Assembly: GCA_965208905.1 (NCBI GenBank)
Contig: OZ242365.1
Span: 896,001-960,000 of the forward strand
From: Nitrosopumilaceae archaeon
Lineage (GTDB): Archaea > Thermoproteota > Nitrososphaeria > Nitrososphaerales > Nitrosopumilaceae
Reading direction: 5' to 3'
DNA: 64,000 bases
This document shows, one piece after another, positions 19,481 to 30,216 of this stretch. A program made the position numbers and the translations under genes. The notes below the pieces were generated by a model. The model was not told the origin of the DNA. It worked only from the letters and a program-made list of their open reading frames with translations, and did not search any database. Positions within the stretch are counted from its first letter, which is position 1. Every line of letters starts with the position of its first letter.

Positions 19481-20761
19481 ATGGCTATATCAACAGAGGT
19501 GTCTGCGCAGCTATACGATGAATCTGTCGGTGTCATTCCCGGCGGGGTAAACAGTCCTGTCCGACGCTATGACCCATACCCCTTCTTTGCATCAAAGTCT
19601 GATGGGTGCAATATATGGGATGTTGATGGTAACAGATTCATTGATTTGTGTAACGGGTATGGTTCGATGTTGCTGGGACACAGATATGATGATGTCATAC
19701 AGGCAGTTATTGCGCAGCTAAAGAGAGGCACATTATACTGTACTCCCACACAACTTGAAACTACACTGTCAAGTCTGATTGCAGAGAGTTATGCCTCCAT
19801 TGATATGGCGCGAGCTGTCAACACCGGCAGTGAGGCCACAATGACCGCTGTGCGATTGGCACGTGGTTACACTGAAAATACCAAGGTGGTAACATTTGAA
19901 GGTGGCTATCATGGGGCCCATGATTCAGTACTGGTAAAGGCCGGTAGTGGTTCTGCCACATTACCTACATCCAAAGGTGTACTTTCACAGACCACAGAGC
20001 AGACACTAGTTGCCAAATACAACGATACAGAGGGGTTTGCAGATGTTGTAGAGTCCTCTGAGGATGTGGCTGCTGTAATAATGGAGCCTGTAATGGCAAA
20101 TATGGGACTCATACTGCCTGACAAAAAATTTCTGGATGCGGTACGCCACATCACAAAACAGAGAGGCATAGTACTGATCTTTGATGAGGTGGTGACCGGC
20201 TTTCGAGTATCTGATGGTGGAGCCCAGAGATACTTTGGAGTTACACCAGATATCACAACACTGGCAAAGGCTCTGGGAAATGGCTTTGGTGTTGCCGCAG
20301 TGGGAGGCAGGCGAGATATAATGGAGATGCTAGCCCCACTAGGCGATGTCTATCAGGCCAGCACATTTGCTGGAAACCCTGTTGCCACTACTGCTGCTAT
20401 ATCATCCATACGTGCCATGAAAAGTATGGGCAGCAAGCTATACGATACACTTGATGTATACTGCACAAGGATATCTAACACAATACATGATGTGGCTGCA
20501 GATAATAAAATACCACATAGAGTACACCATATATCCTCAATGTTTCAGGTATTCTTTAGTGAGGAGGATGTATATGATTATGCGACTGCTAAAAAATCTG
20601 ACACTGTAAAATTTAAACAACTATTTAATTTATTATTAAATAGAGGTGTGTTTATTCCGCCATCTCAATTTGAAACTGCATTTTTGTCCGGAGCCATGAC
20701 TGATGATGACATTAATGATATAGTGACTGCGTATACTGAGTCGATGGAGGCGTTAGCATAA
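19481..20761 (+). CDS. hemL: glutamate-1-semialdehyde 2,1-aminomutase
   Basis: PGGVNSPVR, FEGGYHG, FDEVVTGFR, PPSQFE. Confidence 0.96.
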   Translation: MAISTEVSAQLYDESVGVIPGGVNSPVRRYDPYPFFASKSDGCNIWDVDGNRFIDLCNGYGSMLLGHRYDDVIQAVIAQLKRGTLYCTPTQLETTLSSLIAESYASIDMARAVNTGSEATMTAVRLARGYTENTKVVTFEGGYHGAHDSVLVKAGSGSATLPTSKGVLSQTTEQTLVAKYNDTEGFADVVESSEDVAAVIMEPVMANMGLILPDKKFLDAVRHITKQRGIVLIFDEVVTGFRVSDGGAQRYFGVTPDITTLAKALGNGFGVAAVGGRRDIMEMLAPLGDVYQASTFAGNPVATTAAISSIRAMKSMGSKLYDTLDVYCTRISNTIHDVAADNKIPHRVHHISSMFQVFFSEEDVYDYATAKKSDTVKFKQLFNLLLNRGVFIPPSQFETAFLSGAMTDDDINDIVTAYTESMEALA

Positions 20762-21672
20762 TAAAATATACTGTTGCTACACGTGGGAGCAAACTCTCTT
20801 TGGCACAGACTAATCAAACATTACTGCAACTTAAAGAGGTCAACCCAAATATGGAGTTTGACATACTGAAGGTTACCACTCAGGGTGACCGTGTATCAAA
20901 ACCACTGTTTCAGATTGACAGACGCGGAATATTTGAAAAGGAGGTGGATCAGGCCGTGGCAGATGGGCGGGCTGACTTTGCTGTACACAGCATGAAGGAT
21001 GTGCCCTCAAATGTACCATCAGATCTTGTAATATCCAGCGTTCCACGTAGGGCTACTCCAAATGATGTAGTACTGTATAGGGATGATCTTGATACTGATG
21101 TAGAGATGCTAGTGGGCACTAGTAGCTTGCGCCGATTGGCACAGGCTCGTCGGTACTTTCCAGAGGTAAATGTTAGACCAATTCGAGGTAACGTGGACAC
21201 ACGCATATCTTGTCTGGGTAAACCATTTGATGCAGTAATACTTGCAAAAGCTGGAATAGAGCGTCTGAAAATCAACATACCTCATACAGTACTGCCAACC
21301 AGCGAGTTTATACCATCACCCGGCCAGGGGGCCTTGGCTATCGTATCTAGACGGGATGATCATGACACAACCCTGGTTTTGGAGTCTATACAACATATGC
21401 CCTCACGAGCTGAATCTGAAGCAGAGCGTGCATTCTCCCAGGTGATTGAATCCGGCTGTCGCTTTCCGGTGGGCGCCTATGCAAAAAGCCACAATGGCAC
21501 AATACATCTGCTATGCGCAGCATACCCTTTAGATGACTCTGCACCTATAAAGTGTGAGGCCAGTGGTGTGGACCCCACATCTGTGGGTATCTCTGCAGGA
21601 CGCCAAATGATAAAACAGGGCACTTCATCGTTTGCATTAAAATGGAGGCAAGCTGTAGAAGAGTGGAAATGA
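20758..21672 (+). CDS. hemC: hydroxymethylbilane synthase (probable ATA start)
   Basis: TRGSKLSLAQT lies upstream of the tracked TTG; VHSMKDVP, GTSSLRR, IRGNVDTR. Confidence 0.93.
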   Translation: MIKYTVATRGSKLSLAQTNQTLLQLKEVNPNMEFDILKVTTQGDRVSKPLFQIDRRGIFEKEVDQAVADGRADFAVHSMKDVPSNVPSDLVISSVPRRATPNDVVLYRDDLDTDVEMLVGTSSLRRLAQARRYFPEVNVRPIRGNVDTRISCLGKPFDAVILAKAGIERLKINIPHTVLPTSEFIPSPGQGALAIVSRRDDHDTTLVLESIQHMPSRAESEAERAFSQVIESGCRFPVGAYAKSHNGTIHLLCAAYPLDDSAPIKCEASGVDPTSVGISAGRQMIKQGTSSFALKWRQAVEEWK

Positions 21673-22403
21673 CCGTCTATCTTGTGGGTGCTGGACCTGG
21701 AGATCCGGGATTGCTAACTATGCGGGCAGCTGAGCTTCTGCAGCAGGCTGATGTTGTATTATATGATAGATTGGTCGATGACTCTATCATTGCCATGATT
21801 CCCGATGACACTAAAAAAGTATATGTGGGTCGAACCGTGGGCGATGATACCTCACATCAGAATGATACTAACCAACAGATGTTGTATCATGCAAAAAGTA
21901 TGAAAAAAGTTGTACGTCTAAAGGGCGGAGACCCAATAATATTTGGGCGGGGTGGCGAAGAAGCCCAATTTCTTAAAAGACACAGCATCAAATATGAAAT
22001 AATCCCTGGAATCACTTCGGGGATAGGCTCGGCTACATACTCTGGAATACCCCTGACTTATAGGGGTCACTCATCCTCTGTTGTATTTGTCACCGGGCAC
22101 GAAGATCCACTAAAGAAGACTGAGTCTGTTCGATGGCAAAACCTAGCTAAATCAGTCGATACAATTGTAATCATGATGGGATTAAGTCGAATTAGAACAA
22201 TATGCAGTGAGCTGGCGCGTGGTGGCATGGACTTGGAGACCCCCGTCTCTGTAATACAGAATGGTACCACAACAAAACACAAAATGATCACAGGCACAAT
22301 ATCTGATATAGCCGATATTGTTGAGGAGAGTGGCATATCGCCTCCGGCCAACATAATAGTTGGCAGCGTAGTGAACCTTCATGAGGAGCTGAAATGGAGA
22401 TGA
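21669..22403 (+). CDS. cobA: uroporphyrinogen-III C-methyltransferase
   Basis: VGAGPGDPGLLT, RLKGGDP.IFGRGGEE. Confidence 0.95.
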   Translation: MTVYLVGAGPGDPGLLTMRAAELLQQADVVLYDRLVDDSIIAMIPDDTKKVYVGRTVGDDTSHQNDTNQQMLYHAKSMKKVVRLKGGDPIIFGRGGEEAQFLKRHSIKYEIIPGITSGIGSATYSGIPLTYRGHSSSVVFVTGHEDPLKKTESVRWQNLAKSVDTIVIMMGLSRIRTICSELARGGMDLETPVSVIQNGTTTKHKMITGTISDIADIVEESGISPPANIIVGSVVNLHEELKWR

Positions 22404-23194
22404 CATTATCAAAAAAAAACTTGGCCATAACACGTAGCGCGGCAGACGCCGCTGAATTTGTAAATGCAGTAGAGTCCGAGGGTGGATGTGCCATGCCTCT
22501 TCCTACGATACAACTAGTGGCGTGTAGCTCTAAAATATCCCAAGATTATATGGATATCTGCAGATCGTACAAGCCTGATTATACTGTATTTATGAGCTCA
22601 AAAGCAGTTAAATTATTGTTTGATGATGCCAAAGAGAACCACATATTTGATAAAGTGCGCCTAGCTGTTGCTAACACAACAGTGGTCTCTGTTGGCCCAA
22701 AGACCAGTATGATGTTGGAAAATTACGAGATAAAGGTAAATCTTGTACCAAAATCAATATTTTCGTCGGTTGGCATAGGCGAAGTCTTTAGTTACATGTC
22801 CCGGGATAAAAATAAAGTATTAATTCCCCGTAGCGGCGCCTCGCCCCCATTTCTAAAAGACTTGCTGGTAAAAGAAGGGTTTGATGTTCGTGAATTATAT
22901 CTGTATGATGTCAAACCCCATCAGGGTGGAGATATCTGGGAGAAGTTTTATGCCATGTTGTGTAATGGTGAAATACATGGCGTGGTCTTTACAAGCGTCT
23001 CGTCGGTTCGGGCGTTCTTTGATATAATTTCACGTATGGACTCGGCAGATATAGTTCCGCTATTAAACGGCACAACCATAATTTCAATTGGTCCTTTTAC
23101 TTCTGAAGAATTGAATAAACTAGGAATTAATCACTATGTCTCTGCAGTACACACTGTGGGCGGCTCATTAAACGAGATGCGCCTTCGTATCTGA
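22400..23194 (+). CDS. hemD: uroporphyrinogen-III synthase
   Basis: AITR, VGPKT, FTSVSSV, IGPFT; operon context. Confidence 0.9.
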   Translation: MTLSKKNLAITRSAADAAEFVNAVESEGGCAMPLPTIQLVACSSKISQDYMDICRSYKPDYTVFMSSKAVKLLFDDAKENHIFDKVRLAVANTTVVSVGPKTSMMLENYEIKVNLVPKSIFSSVGIGEVFSYMSRDKNKVLIPRSGASPPFLKDLLVKEGFDVRELYLYDVKPHQGGDIWEKFYAMLCNGEIHGVVFTSVSSVRAFFDIISRMDSADIVPLLNGTTIISIGPFTSEELNKLGINHYVSAVHTVGGSLNEMRLRI

Positions 23195-23597
23195 TATATG
23201 ATATAATCTGAAAATTTTTCAATCTTTAAACACATTTAGTGGCACAAAAGGTAGGCAAAAATTAAAGTATTTTAAATCTCATATTTTATCCTGCCAAAAA
23301 TTTCCATATGGCAAAGAAATTAAAAAAAATTTAATCTGAAAAACATAACAAAATCATTATACGCTAAATATCATTTGAAACAGAATGAAACAATTCTAAC
23401 AAAGTATAAAATAAATATAAACGGAATTTATCATCAGTTGTAACTTTAGCTATTAAATATATCTAGACGTACATAACCATGATGTTGCACAAGATCATTA
23501 ACCCAAATTTGTGATCATGTCTTTGCATTCTTCAATTTTGTAAAATACTCTGAAACAGAGATTTCATAGACATATATGTTTACTATGTGTATAGTGC

Positions 23598-24074
23598 ATG
23601 ATGATTGTGTTTCTGCTTCGGCATGGCAAGGCAGCGAGACCCTCAACTCTTATTCATAGCGATCATATGCGTCCTTTGACCAATGAGGGTCGTAGCGAAA
23701 TGGTAAAGATTGGTAGAGCTTTGAAGCACCTAGACATACAACCTGACATGCTCGTATCCAGCCCACTTGTAAGATCTGTTCAGACTGCAGAGATTGTGTC
23801 TGAATATGTAGATGCCAGCATAACATTATGGGATGAGCTCAAACCCGAGTCGCATCCATCTGCAACATTGAAACTGATACAAAGTCTGCACGTTAAATCG
23901 ATAATGTTAGTGGGGCATGAACCTCATCTAACAGATCTCATATCACATATGATATCTGCAACCATGCTGCCCATATCGTTAAAGAAAGGAGGCCTGGCAT
24001 GTATACGCATGCCTGCAAAGGGGTTTGCATCTTTACGATATCTACTGACACCTAGGCAAATGGGAAAGATGTGA
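23598..24074 (+). CDS. sixA: phosphohistidine phosphatase SixA
   Basis: LRHGKA, SSPLVRSVQTA, VGHEP. Confidence 0.9.
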   Translation: MMIVFLLRHGKAARPSTLIHSDHMRPLTNEGRSEMVKIGRALKHLDIQPDMLVSSPLVRSVQTAEIVSEYVDASITLWDELKPESHPSATLKLIQSLHVKSIMLVGHEPHLTDLISHMISATMLPISLKKGGLACIRMPAKGFASLRYLLTPRQMGKM

Positions 24075-25579
24075 TGTGTGCTTTGACTATACAATCCAAT
24101 AAATACCCAAAAAAGATGGCCGTAATTGATGTAGGTTCTAATTCCGTTAAAATGGTCTGTTATTCCGCAGATCGCACTGGCATATATAGACCATATAATC
24201 GGGAGTCGTTTAGAGTGAGACTTGACAAGTATGGCGATGGTATTATACATGATTCACTCACAAGCAGTCTGATAGACGTACTCTTACTATTTCGTAATAT
24301 TGCAGCACACGAGAATGTAGATCGTATATTGCCTGTAGCGACAAGCGCCTTGCGTAGCGCTAAAAACCAAAAATTAGTATTAGACCGTGTATATGCAGAG
24401 ACTGGCTTTATACTTAATGTACTCTCAGGAAGTAGCGAGGCACTGTATTCATACGCTGGCGCTGCAAATAATTTGAATATTCCGTCTTGTATCTTTTTTG
24501 ATCTAGGCGGGGGCTCCATAGAACTTGTATCATCACGAAATCATACCATAATTAAGGCCCTCTCAGTTCCATTAGGCGCGTTAGTATTAACCCAAAAATT
24601 CACCGAAAATAATGATTTTAACAATAATACTATCCATCAATTACGCCAATATGTGAAAGAAACATTACCATCTGCTAGTAGTATGGGCCCACTGGGGAAC
24701 GATACAATTTTAGTTGGGGTGGGCGGAACGCTACGCACAGTTGCAAAGTATGTTCAGACACATATGGGCTATCCTTTGAATAAATTACATAATTACACCA
24801 TGAGTGCACATTCAATAAACATGGCAACCAATGATATATTATCCAAAAATATATCTGATTTAGCTGAAACATACGAGGTTGGTAGGGGCCGCGCTGATAT
24901 AATAAAGGCCGGTATTGTTACAATATCTGAGATATTATCCAAGTACAGCTTCAAAGAAGTACGGGTCTGCTCTACGGGTCTTCGAGAGGGTGTACTTGCT
25001 ATGGCTGCTCGTTATACAGGATTTGATAAGATGATTGTGTCTCCGTATCATGTTCGCGAGTTGATACGCGCACCCTCGGGGACTCCATCTATTCCACCTT
25101 TGGTACAGGGTATAATAAATTCATTTAAGTTATCAAATTTATTGTATAATGAAGAACCTACAATATTACAATCTGCTGCAATTAATTTAGGTTTATTAAG
25201 AACATTTCGTGATGCGGACGACTTTCTGTATAGTGTAATGGATGTGCCCACCGTGCTCTCACACCGTCAACAACTTTTGGCCTCATTATGTTTGACTTAT
25301 TCTAAAAAACCAAAAAGAACGAGACTACTAATAAAAAAATATTATTCTATAATAAATAAATTCGATGTGCAAATGATAAAAAAACTGGCCCCAATTTTGG
25401 AGTTGTGTGATCTGTTAATTACTACAGATGCTAACTCCTATGTACAATTTGATGATAATAGTCTGTCAATTACAATAAAGCGTAACCAAAGAGAGTTACC
25501 ATACATAATGTTTGGTCAAACATGCCAAAGTATAGGTGAGGCATTGGGCGCAAAGGTTACCACAAAGTTTATTCTATAA
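24071..25579 (+). CDS. ppx: Ppx/GppA exopolyphosphatase
   Basis: IDVGSNS, ATSALR, DLGGGSIE, GLREG. Confidence 0.9.
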   Translation: MMCALTIQSNKYPKKMAVIDVGSNSVKMVCYSADRTGIYRPYNRESFRVRLDKYGDGIIHDSLTSSLIDVLLLFRNIAAHENVDRILPVATSALRSAKNQKLVLDRVYAETGFILNVLSGSSEALYSYAGAANNLNIPSCIFFDLGGGSIELVSSRNHTIIKALSVPLGALVLTQKFTENNDFNNNTIHQLRQYVKETLPSASSMGPLGNDTILVGVGGTLRTVAKYVQTHMGYPLNKLHNYTMSAHSINMATNDILSKNISDLAETYEVGRGRADIIKAGIVTISEILSKYSFKEVRVCSTGLREGVLAMAARYTGFDKMIVSPYHVRELIRAPSGTPSIPPLVQGIINSFKLSNLLYNEEPTILQSAAINLGLLRTFRDADDFLYSVMDVPTVLSHRQQLLASLCLTYSKKPKRTRLLIKKYYSIINKFDVQMIKKLAPILELCDLLITTDANSYVQFDDNSLSITIKRNQRELPYIMFGQTCQSIGEALGAKVTTKFIL

Positions 25580-25623
25580 CCAACAGTTTAAATTGTCAAT
25601 TGAATGAATATTGACGATTTAAA

Positions 25624-27066
25624 ATGTCTAGCAGGACTCCAAAAAAAACCAAAGATGGTCAGTACATAATTGAACCGTCTGGCGACATGAAAGTTCCGGT
25701 TCGTATATACGCAACTGATTCACTTTTATCAAAAATGTTACATGATCGTACACTGCGCCAGGCATGTAATGTTGCATCCATGCCCGGAATACTAAGTCAT
25801 GGTGTAGTCTTGCCTGATGGCCATGAGGGATATGGGTTTCCAGTGGGCGGTGTGGCTGCTATGGATGTCGAAGAGGGCATGATAAGTCCTGGTGGTGTAG
25901 GCTATGACATAAACTGTGGTGTACGACTGTTGCGCAGTGAACTGACCGAGAGTGAATTACGACCACAACTAAAGGATTTGGTCTTTGATCTCTTTAATAC
26001 AATACCTTCCGGCGTAGGCTCCAAAGGAACAAGAAAACTATCTCATTCCGAGTTAGATGAGGTGCTGGTACGAGGCGTAAATTGGGCAGTTGATCACGGG
26101 TATGGTTCTATTGGTGATGCTGATGTGTGTGAGGAGAGTGGGTGTATTGCCGGTGCAGACCCTAACTCTGTATCTGATCGTGCACGGAAACGAGGCGCCC
26201 CACAACTAGGAAGTCTAGGCTCTGGCAATCACTTTTTAGAAGTTCAGAAGGTAGATCAAATCTACGATGAGGAAGCAGCTCAGCTTATGGGTCTAAAGAA
26301 GGATACAATCACAGTATTGATACATTGCGGATCCCGAGGATTTGGACACCAGGTATGTACCGATTACTTGCGAATATCCGAGAGGGCACTGACCAAGTAT
26401 GACATAGCACTGCAGGATAAGGAACTGGCATGCGTACCCATCACATCTGATGAGGGTGAATCTTATCGCAAAGCAATGTTTGCAGCACTTAATTTTGCAT
26501 GGAGTAATCGACAAATGATCACCCATTGGACCCGTAAGTCATTTGAGCGAGTATTTGGCCAGAGCGAGTCGGACTTGGACATGGATATGGTATATGATGT
26601 TGCGCACAACATCGCTAAAATAGAGACACATAATATAGATGGACGCAATCGCAAAGTTGTGGTACATCGTAAGGGTGCAACAAGGGCATTTCCAGCAGAT
26701 GCGCCTGAGGTTTCATCTAGATACCGCTCTGTGGGTCAGCCTGTATTGATACCTGGTTCGATGGGAACTTCCAGCTGGGTTTTATTGGGCCGCCCTGCAT
26801 CCATGGGACTTAGTTTTGGTTCTACAGCCCATGGTGCTGGACGGGTTATGTCTCGATCCAAGGCTCGCCGAAGTTATACTGAGTCAGGCATTCGTCAATC
26901 TTTGAATGAGCAGGGCATATTTGTAAAGTCGACTACCGGTAATGGTATAGTTGAAGAATCTCCTCAGGCATACAAGGATGTGGATGCAGTGGTTGAAGTC
27001 TCTCACAAGCTGGGCATTGCCACAAAGGTGGCCCGCTTAGTTCCTATTGGGGTGATCAAAGGTTGA
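25624..27066 (+). CDS. rtcB: RNA-splicing ligase RtcB
   Basis: LPDGHEGYGFP, GYDINCG, GSGNHF, HCGSRG, HGAGR. Confidence 0.97.
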   Translation: MSSRTPKKTKDGQYIIEPSGDMKVPVRIYATDSLLSKMLHDRTLRQACNVASMPGILSHGVVLPDGHEGYGFPVGGVAAMDVEEGMISPGGVGYDINCGVRLLRSELTESELRPQLKDLVFDLFNTIPSGVGSKGTRKLSHSELDEVLVRGVNWAVDHGYGSIGDADVCEESGCIAGADPNSVSDRARKRGAPQLGSLGSGNHFLEVQKVDQIYDEEAAQLMGLKKDTITVLIHCGSRGFGHQVCTDYLRISERALTKYDIALQDKELACVPITSDEGESYRKAMFAALNFAWSNRQMITHWTRKSFERVFGQSESDLDMDMVYDVAHNIAKIETHNIDGRNRKVVVHRKGATRAFPADAPEVSSRYRSVGQPVLIPGSMGTSSWVLLGRPASMGLSFGSTAHGAGRVMSRSKARRSYTESGIRQSLNEQGIFVKSTTGNGIVEESPQAYKDVDAVVEVSHKLGIATKVARLVPIGVIKG

Positions 27067-27440
27067 GCAATGATGCTGAGCTGAACCGGCTAATGTCCAA
27101 AAGACTGGCTGAGATGCAACAACATGCCCAGGAACATCATACCACAGATAAAGGCGGTGAGCCATCACCCCGAGAGATTGTAGTATCAATGTTGGGATAT
27201 AGAGGACTTGAGGTACTAGAGACTGCCGAGAGACAGTTTCCCTCCCAAACCTCTGTATTAGTATCTGGTTTGGCCAAGATTATATCTTCTGGCAATCTAG
27301 ATCACAAACTCGATGGTGGAGACTTGATGCGTGTTTTTGCTCTTTCTGGATTGTCTCTGCGCATGAATACGCGTATAAATGTGGTAAAAGATGGGAAAAC
27401 CATATCTCTATCGGATAAACTAAGTGGTAAAAAACCTTGA
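27063..27440 (+). CDS. PDCD5-like dsDNA-binding protein
   Basis: DAELNRL..KRLAEMQ N-terminus typical of archaeal PDCD5 homologues. Confidence 0.6.
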   Translation: MSNDAELNRLMSKRLAEMQQHAQEHHTTDKGGEPSPREIVVSMLGYRGLEVLETAERQFPSQTSVLVSGLAKIISSGNLDHKLDGGDLMRVFALSGLSLRMNTRINVVKDGKTISLSDKLSGKKP

Positions 27441-27760
27441 GCCAGGCTGTACTACGAGTGGGCACAAAAGATTATGCTACTGATGTCGTTCTTTTAAAGA
27501 AGGCCATGTCCCAAATGGAGTCGTTGTTATCGGCCTATAATGGATATGCTCTTAGTGACCCCACCTCTAAACTTGGTTGGACGTTTTTTAGTATGGCATT
27601 CAAGGCTGACCTACAACAGAAGATTGAGCAGCGATTTGCAGACATGATAGGCCAATATCGCTGGGGCAGTTCTGATGAAAAGTTTACAAAATTTATGCAA
27701 GAGTACCTACATGCTCGGGGCTGTAATGTAGAGTTAAAACTGGACAAGCAGCGAATGTGA
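27437..27760 (+). CDS. hypothetical protein
   Basis: 4-bp overlap in operon, clean ORF. Confidence 0.7.
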   Translation: MSQAVLRVGTKDYATDVVLLKKAMSQMESLLSAYNGYALSDPTSKLGWTFFSMAFKADLQQKIEQRFADMIGQYRWGSSDEKFTKFMQEYLHARGCNVELKLDKQRM

Positions 27761-27820
27761 GCAGATTATTATTGGTATAATTCCCAATGTTTTTTAAACC
27801 CATATTGGCATAACTGTTAC

Positions 27821-28717
27821 TTGACTGCTGATGTGAGCAAAGACATAGAAAACGTGGAGACAGATGTAACTGATTCTGTCACTGAAACAGACGCAAACTT
27901 GGATGCGACTGCAGAACCGGCAACTGACACAACACCTGATGATGTGATTGAACCTGATATGTCTGCTGCAGAACCTAGTGATGCTGACATTGAGACAGAC
28001 CAGTTGAGCAAGGATTCGGGTATAGAGTACGATGATTCTGCAGAACCTAGTGATGCTGACATTGAGACAGACCAGTTGAGCAAGGATTCGGGTATAGAGT
28101 CCGATGATGCTGACATTGAGACAGACCAGTTGAGCAAGGATTTGGGTATAGAGTCCGATGATGCTGCAGAACCCGACCCAAAAAAACCCCGTGAATTATC
28201 CGAGGAGGCGCGTGCTAAAATTGATGCTATGATCGCAGATGGAAGACTTGATGATGACTTTGGCGATGGACAGCCTGCAGTTATAGCTGATAAACCTGAA
28301 AAATGGGGCATAGCCCACATCTTTAGTAGTTTTAACAATACAATAATACATTTGACTGACCTTACGGGTGCTGAAACCATAGCCATAAGCTCTGGCGGAC
28401 AGCACTCTAATGCAGATAGATATGAGTCATCCCCATTTGCCGCCATGAAGGCAGCCAATGCGGTGGTAGATGTTGCACGTGCTAGAGGGTTTACAGGATT
28501 TCACATTCGCGTCCGTGCAGTTGGTGGCGTGGGCTCTCGAGTTCCAGGACCTGGTGCGCAGGCAGCCATTAGGGCACTGGCAAGGGCCACATCAAACAAA
28601 GATGATGATCCAGATTCTGGACTGGGTGCATTCCGTATAGGCCGTATAGATGATGTCACACCAATTCCTCATGATACCACTAGGAAGAAAGGCGGAAAAC
28701 GCGGAAGACGAGTCTAA
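27821..28717 (+). CDS. rps11: 30S ribosomal protein S11 with long acidic N-terminal extension
   Basis: [46 protein letters not shown]. Confidence 0.95.
   Translation: MTADVSKDIENVETDVTDSVTETDANLDATAEPATDTTPDDVIEPDMSAAEPSDADIETDQLSKDSGIEYDDSAEPSDADIETDQLSKDSGIESDDADIETDQLSKDLGIESDDAAEPDPKKPRELSEEARAKIDAMIADGRLDDDFGDGQPAVIADKPEKWGIAHIFSSFNNTIIHLTDLTGAETIAISSGGQHSNADRYESSPFAAMKAANAVVDVARARGFTGFHIRVRAVGGVGSRVPGPGAQAAIRALARATSNKDDDPDSGLGAFRIGRIDDVTPIPHDTTRKKGGKRGRRV
27966..28170 (+). repeat. in-frame tandem repeats in rps11 (periods 72 and 54 bp)
   Basis: Core TGATGCTGACATTGAGACAGACCAGTTGAGCAAGGATT.GGGTATAGAGT at 27979, 28051 and 28105. Confidence 0.92.
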
Positions 28718-28821
28718 CAGGTTTGTCTCTAGAACTGTTTCTTGAGTTGTCAATATGTCCTATATCTGTGGTTAAACTCGGTTCCTACTGCAAGCACGGG
28801 GGTTCCCACACCTACAATACA

Positions 28822-30216
28822 TTACACGTCACGCCAGAGGACGACGGTGCATGACACATCTCGTTCCCCGGTCTGTGCTTGACGTTTCTCAGGGGAGCTA
28901 ACGCAAGAACCCTCCACGTCCAGACACCCCTTAACATGGGTGCTGCCGGTATTGTCCGGCAAGTTTCGTAAGTTTAGTTGACCATGTCTGGCCCTCGGGC
29001 CGAGTTTCTTCAGCCCCACATCCTCTATGTTTGAGCCCGCATTACAGTCGGCATGATACCTGTAGCCACACTTTTTACACAAGAACCGTCTACCATCCCG
29101 GTTATCTTTATGTGTATAACCGCACGAGTAGCACCGTTGGCTTGTATACGCTGCCGCAACCCAAATTATCTCTCCAGCCAACTTGTACGCCAATAGAGCG
29201 GCGAGCAGCCCCCAGCACTGCTCTAGGATGGCCTTATTGAGACCAGATTTTTGCGCAACGTTCTTGCCGGGTTTTTCTTTGGTACCTTTGACGGACTTTG
29301 CCATATTTTGTATGGGTAGATTCTCCATGGCTGCATGTGTGGTACTGTCCGATATAACGCGTGATATTTTATGCGCGGTGGTCTTTCGAATATTTGCGGC
29401 TTTGCGTTTGTTCTTGGCGGCACGTTTACTGGCTTTGGCCCACCGTCGGGAGCCGGGCTTGCGATTCGTATAATTGGGTTTATGCCTGCGCGAGGCTATC
29501 TTTTGCGCCTTAGAGGCTGTTTTTTCGGCGTTATTCATGCGACGTGTGACCTTTTCGGGTACCATTATTACACAGTCAGGTGTGGCCACATTACCGACAT
29601 TCCGGTCTATGCCAATAACGGTCTGCTCGGTCACGGTTGGCTTCTCGTCTGGTACATCACAAGATATGGTAATCCTCCACCCACCATCCGGTAGTTGAAA
29701 TAGTTGCGCGGTCTTGTATCGGTAATTCAGGACGGGAAACTCCCGAGACAGTTTAACCTCGCCCATCTTGGCTATCTTGATTGTACGTGTATCGGTGAAG
29801 CGCGCTTGGCCGACGGTGCCATCATGCGTTATTATAAACGGGATGGAGATTCGCTCACCGTGTCGTTTAAAGTGTGGTTCACCAAACTCCGCCTTAGGTT
29901 TGATGTCAGCAGCCTTCAGCCTCTCTGTTTCCACATATTGGTCATAATGCCTTCCCAAGTCATATAATATTTGGCGCGTCACCCCGGATATAGACTGACG
30001 CAGCCAACACGGACCCGAACGGTTGCGCAAGTCCGTATACCAGGCGTTTATCCTACCCTGTGTGGTGTTGACCCTTCCAGCTCGACGGTACTCCTCCTTG
30101 AAGGTTTCCAATAATTTGTTATACACGTACCTGTCCATGCCGGCCTGTCTGGCCAACATCTCCTTCTTGAACCCTTTACGGAATCTAACGCCGAATGTGT
30201 ATGTACGTAGTACCAT
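28822..30216 (-). CDS. tnpB: TnpB-family RNA-guided endonuclease (group C, IS605 OrfB-like)
   Basis: HTH-like N-terminus; GIDRNV, MENL, KPGKNVAQKSGLNKAI, YTSQRCYSCG..CKKCG..HADCNA; TTTAAA promoter upstream. Confidence 0.95.
   Translation of the reverse strand: MVLRTYTFGVRFRKGFKKEMLARQAGMDRYVYNKLLETFKEEYRRAGRVNTTQGRINAWYTDLRNRSGPCWLRQSISGVTRQILYDLGRHYDQYVETERLKAADIKPKAEFGEPHFKRHGERISIPFIITHDGTVGQARFTDTRTIKIAKMGEVKLSREFPVLNYRYKTAQLFQLPDGGWRITISCDVPDEKPTVTEQTVIGIDRNVGNVATPDCVIMVPEKVTRRMNNAEKTASKAQKIASRRHKPNYTNRKPGSRRWAKASKRAAKNKRKAANIRKTTAHKISRVISDSTTHAAMENLPIQNMAKSVKGTKEKPGKNVAQKSGLNKAILEQCWGLLAALLAYKLAGEIIWVAAAYTSQRCYSCGYTHKDNRDGRRFLCKKCGYRYHADCNAGSNIEDVGLKKLGPRARHGQLNLRNLPDNTGSTHVKGCLDVEGSCVSSPEKRQAQTGERDVSCTVVLWRDV

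Noticed and set aside
27966-28170. Direct repeats that could be mistaken for a CRISPR array near tnpB
   Set aside because: In-frame coding repeats within rps11 with no unique spacers.
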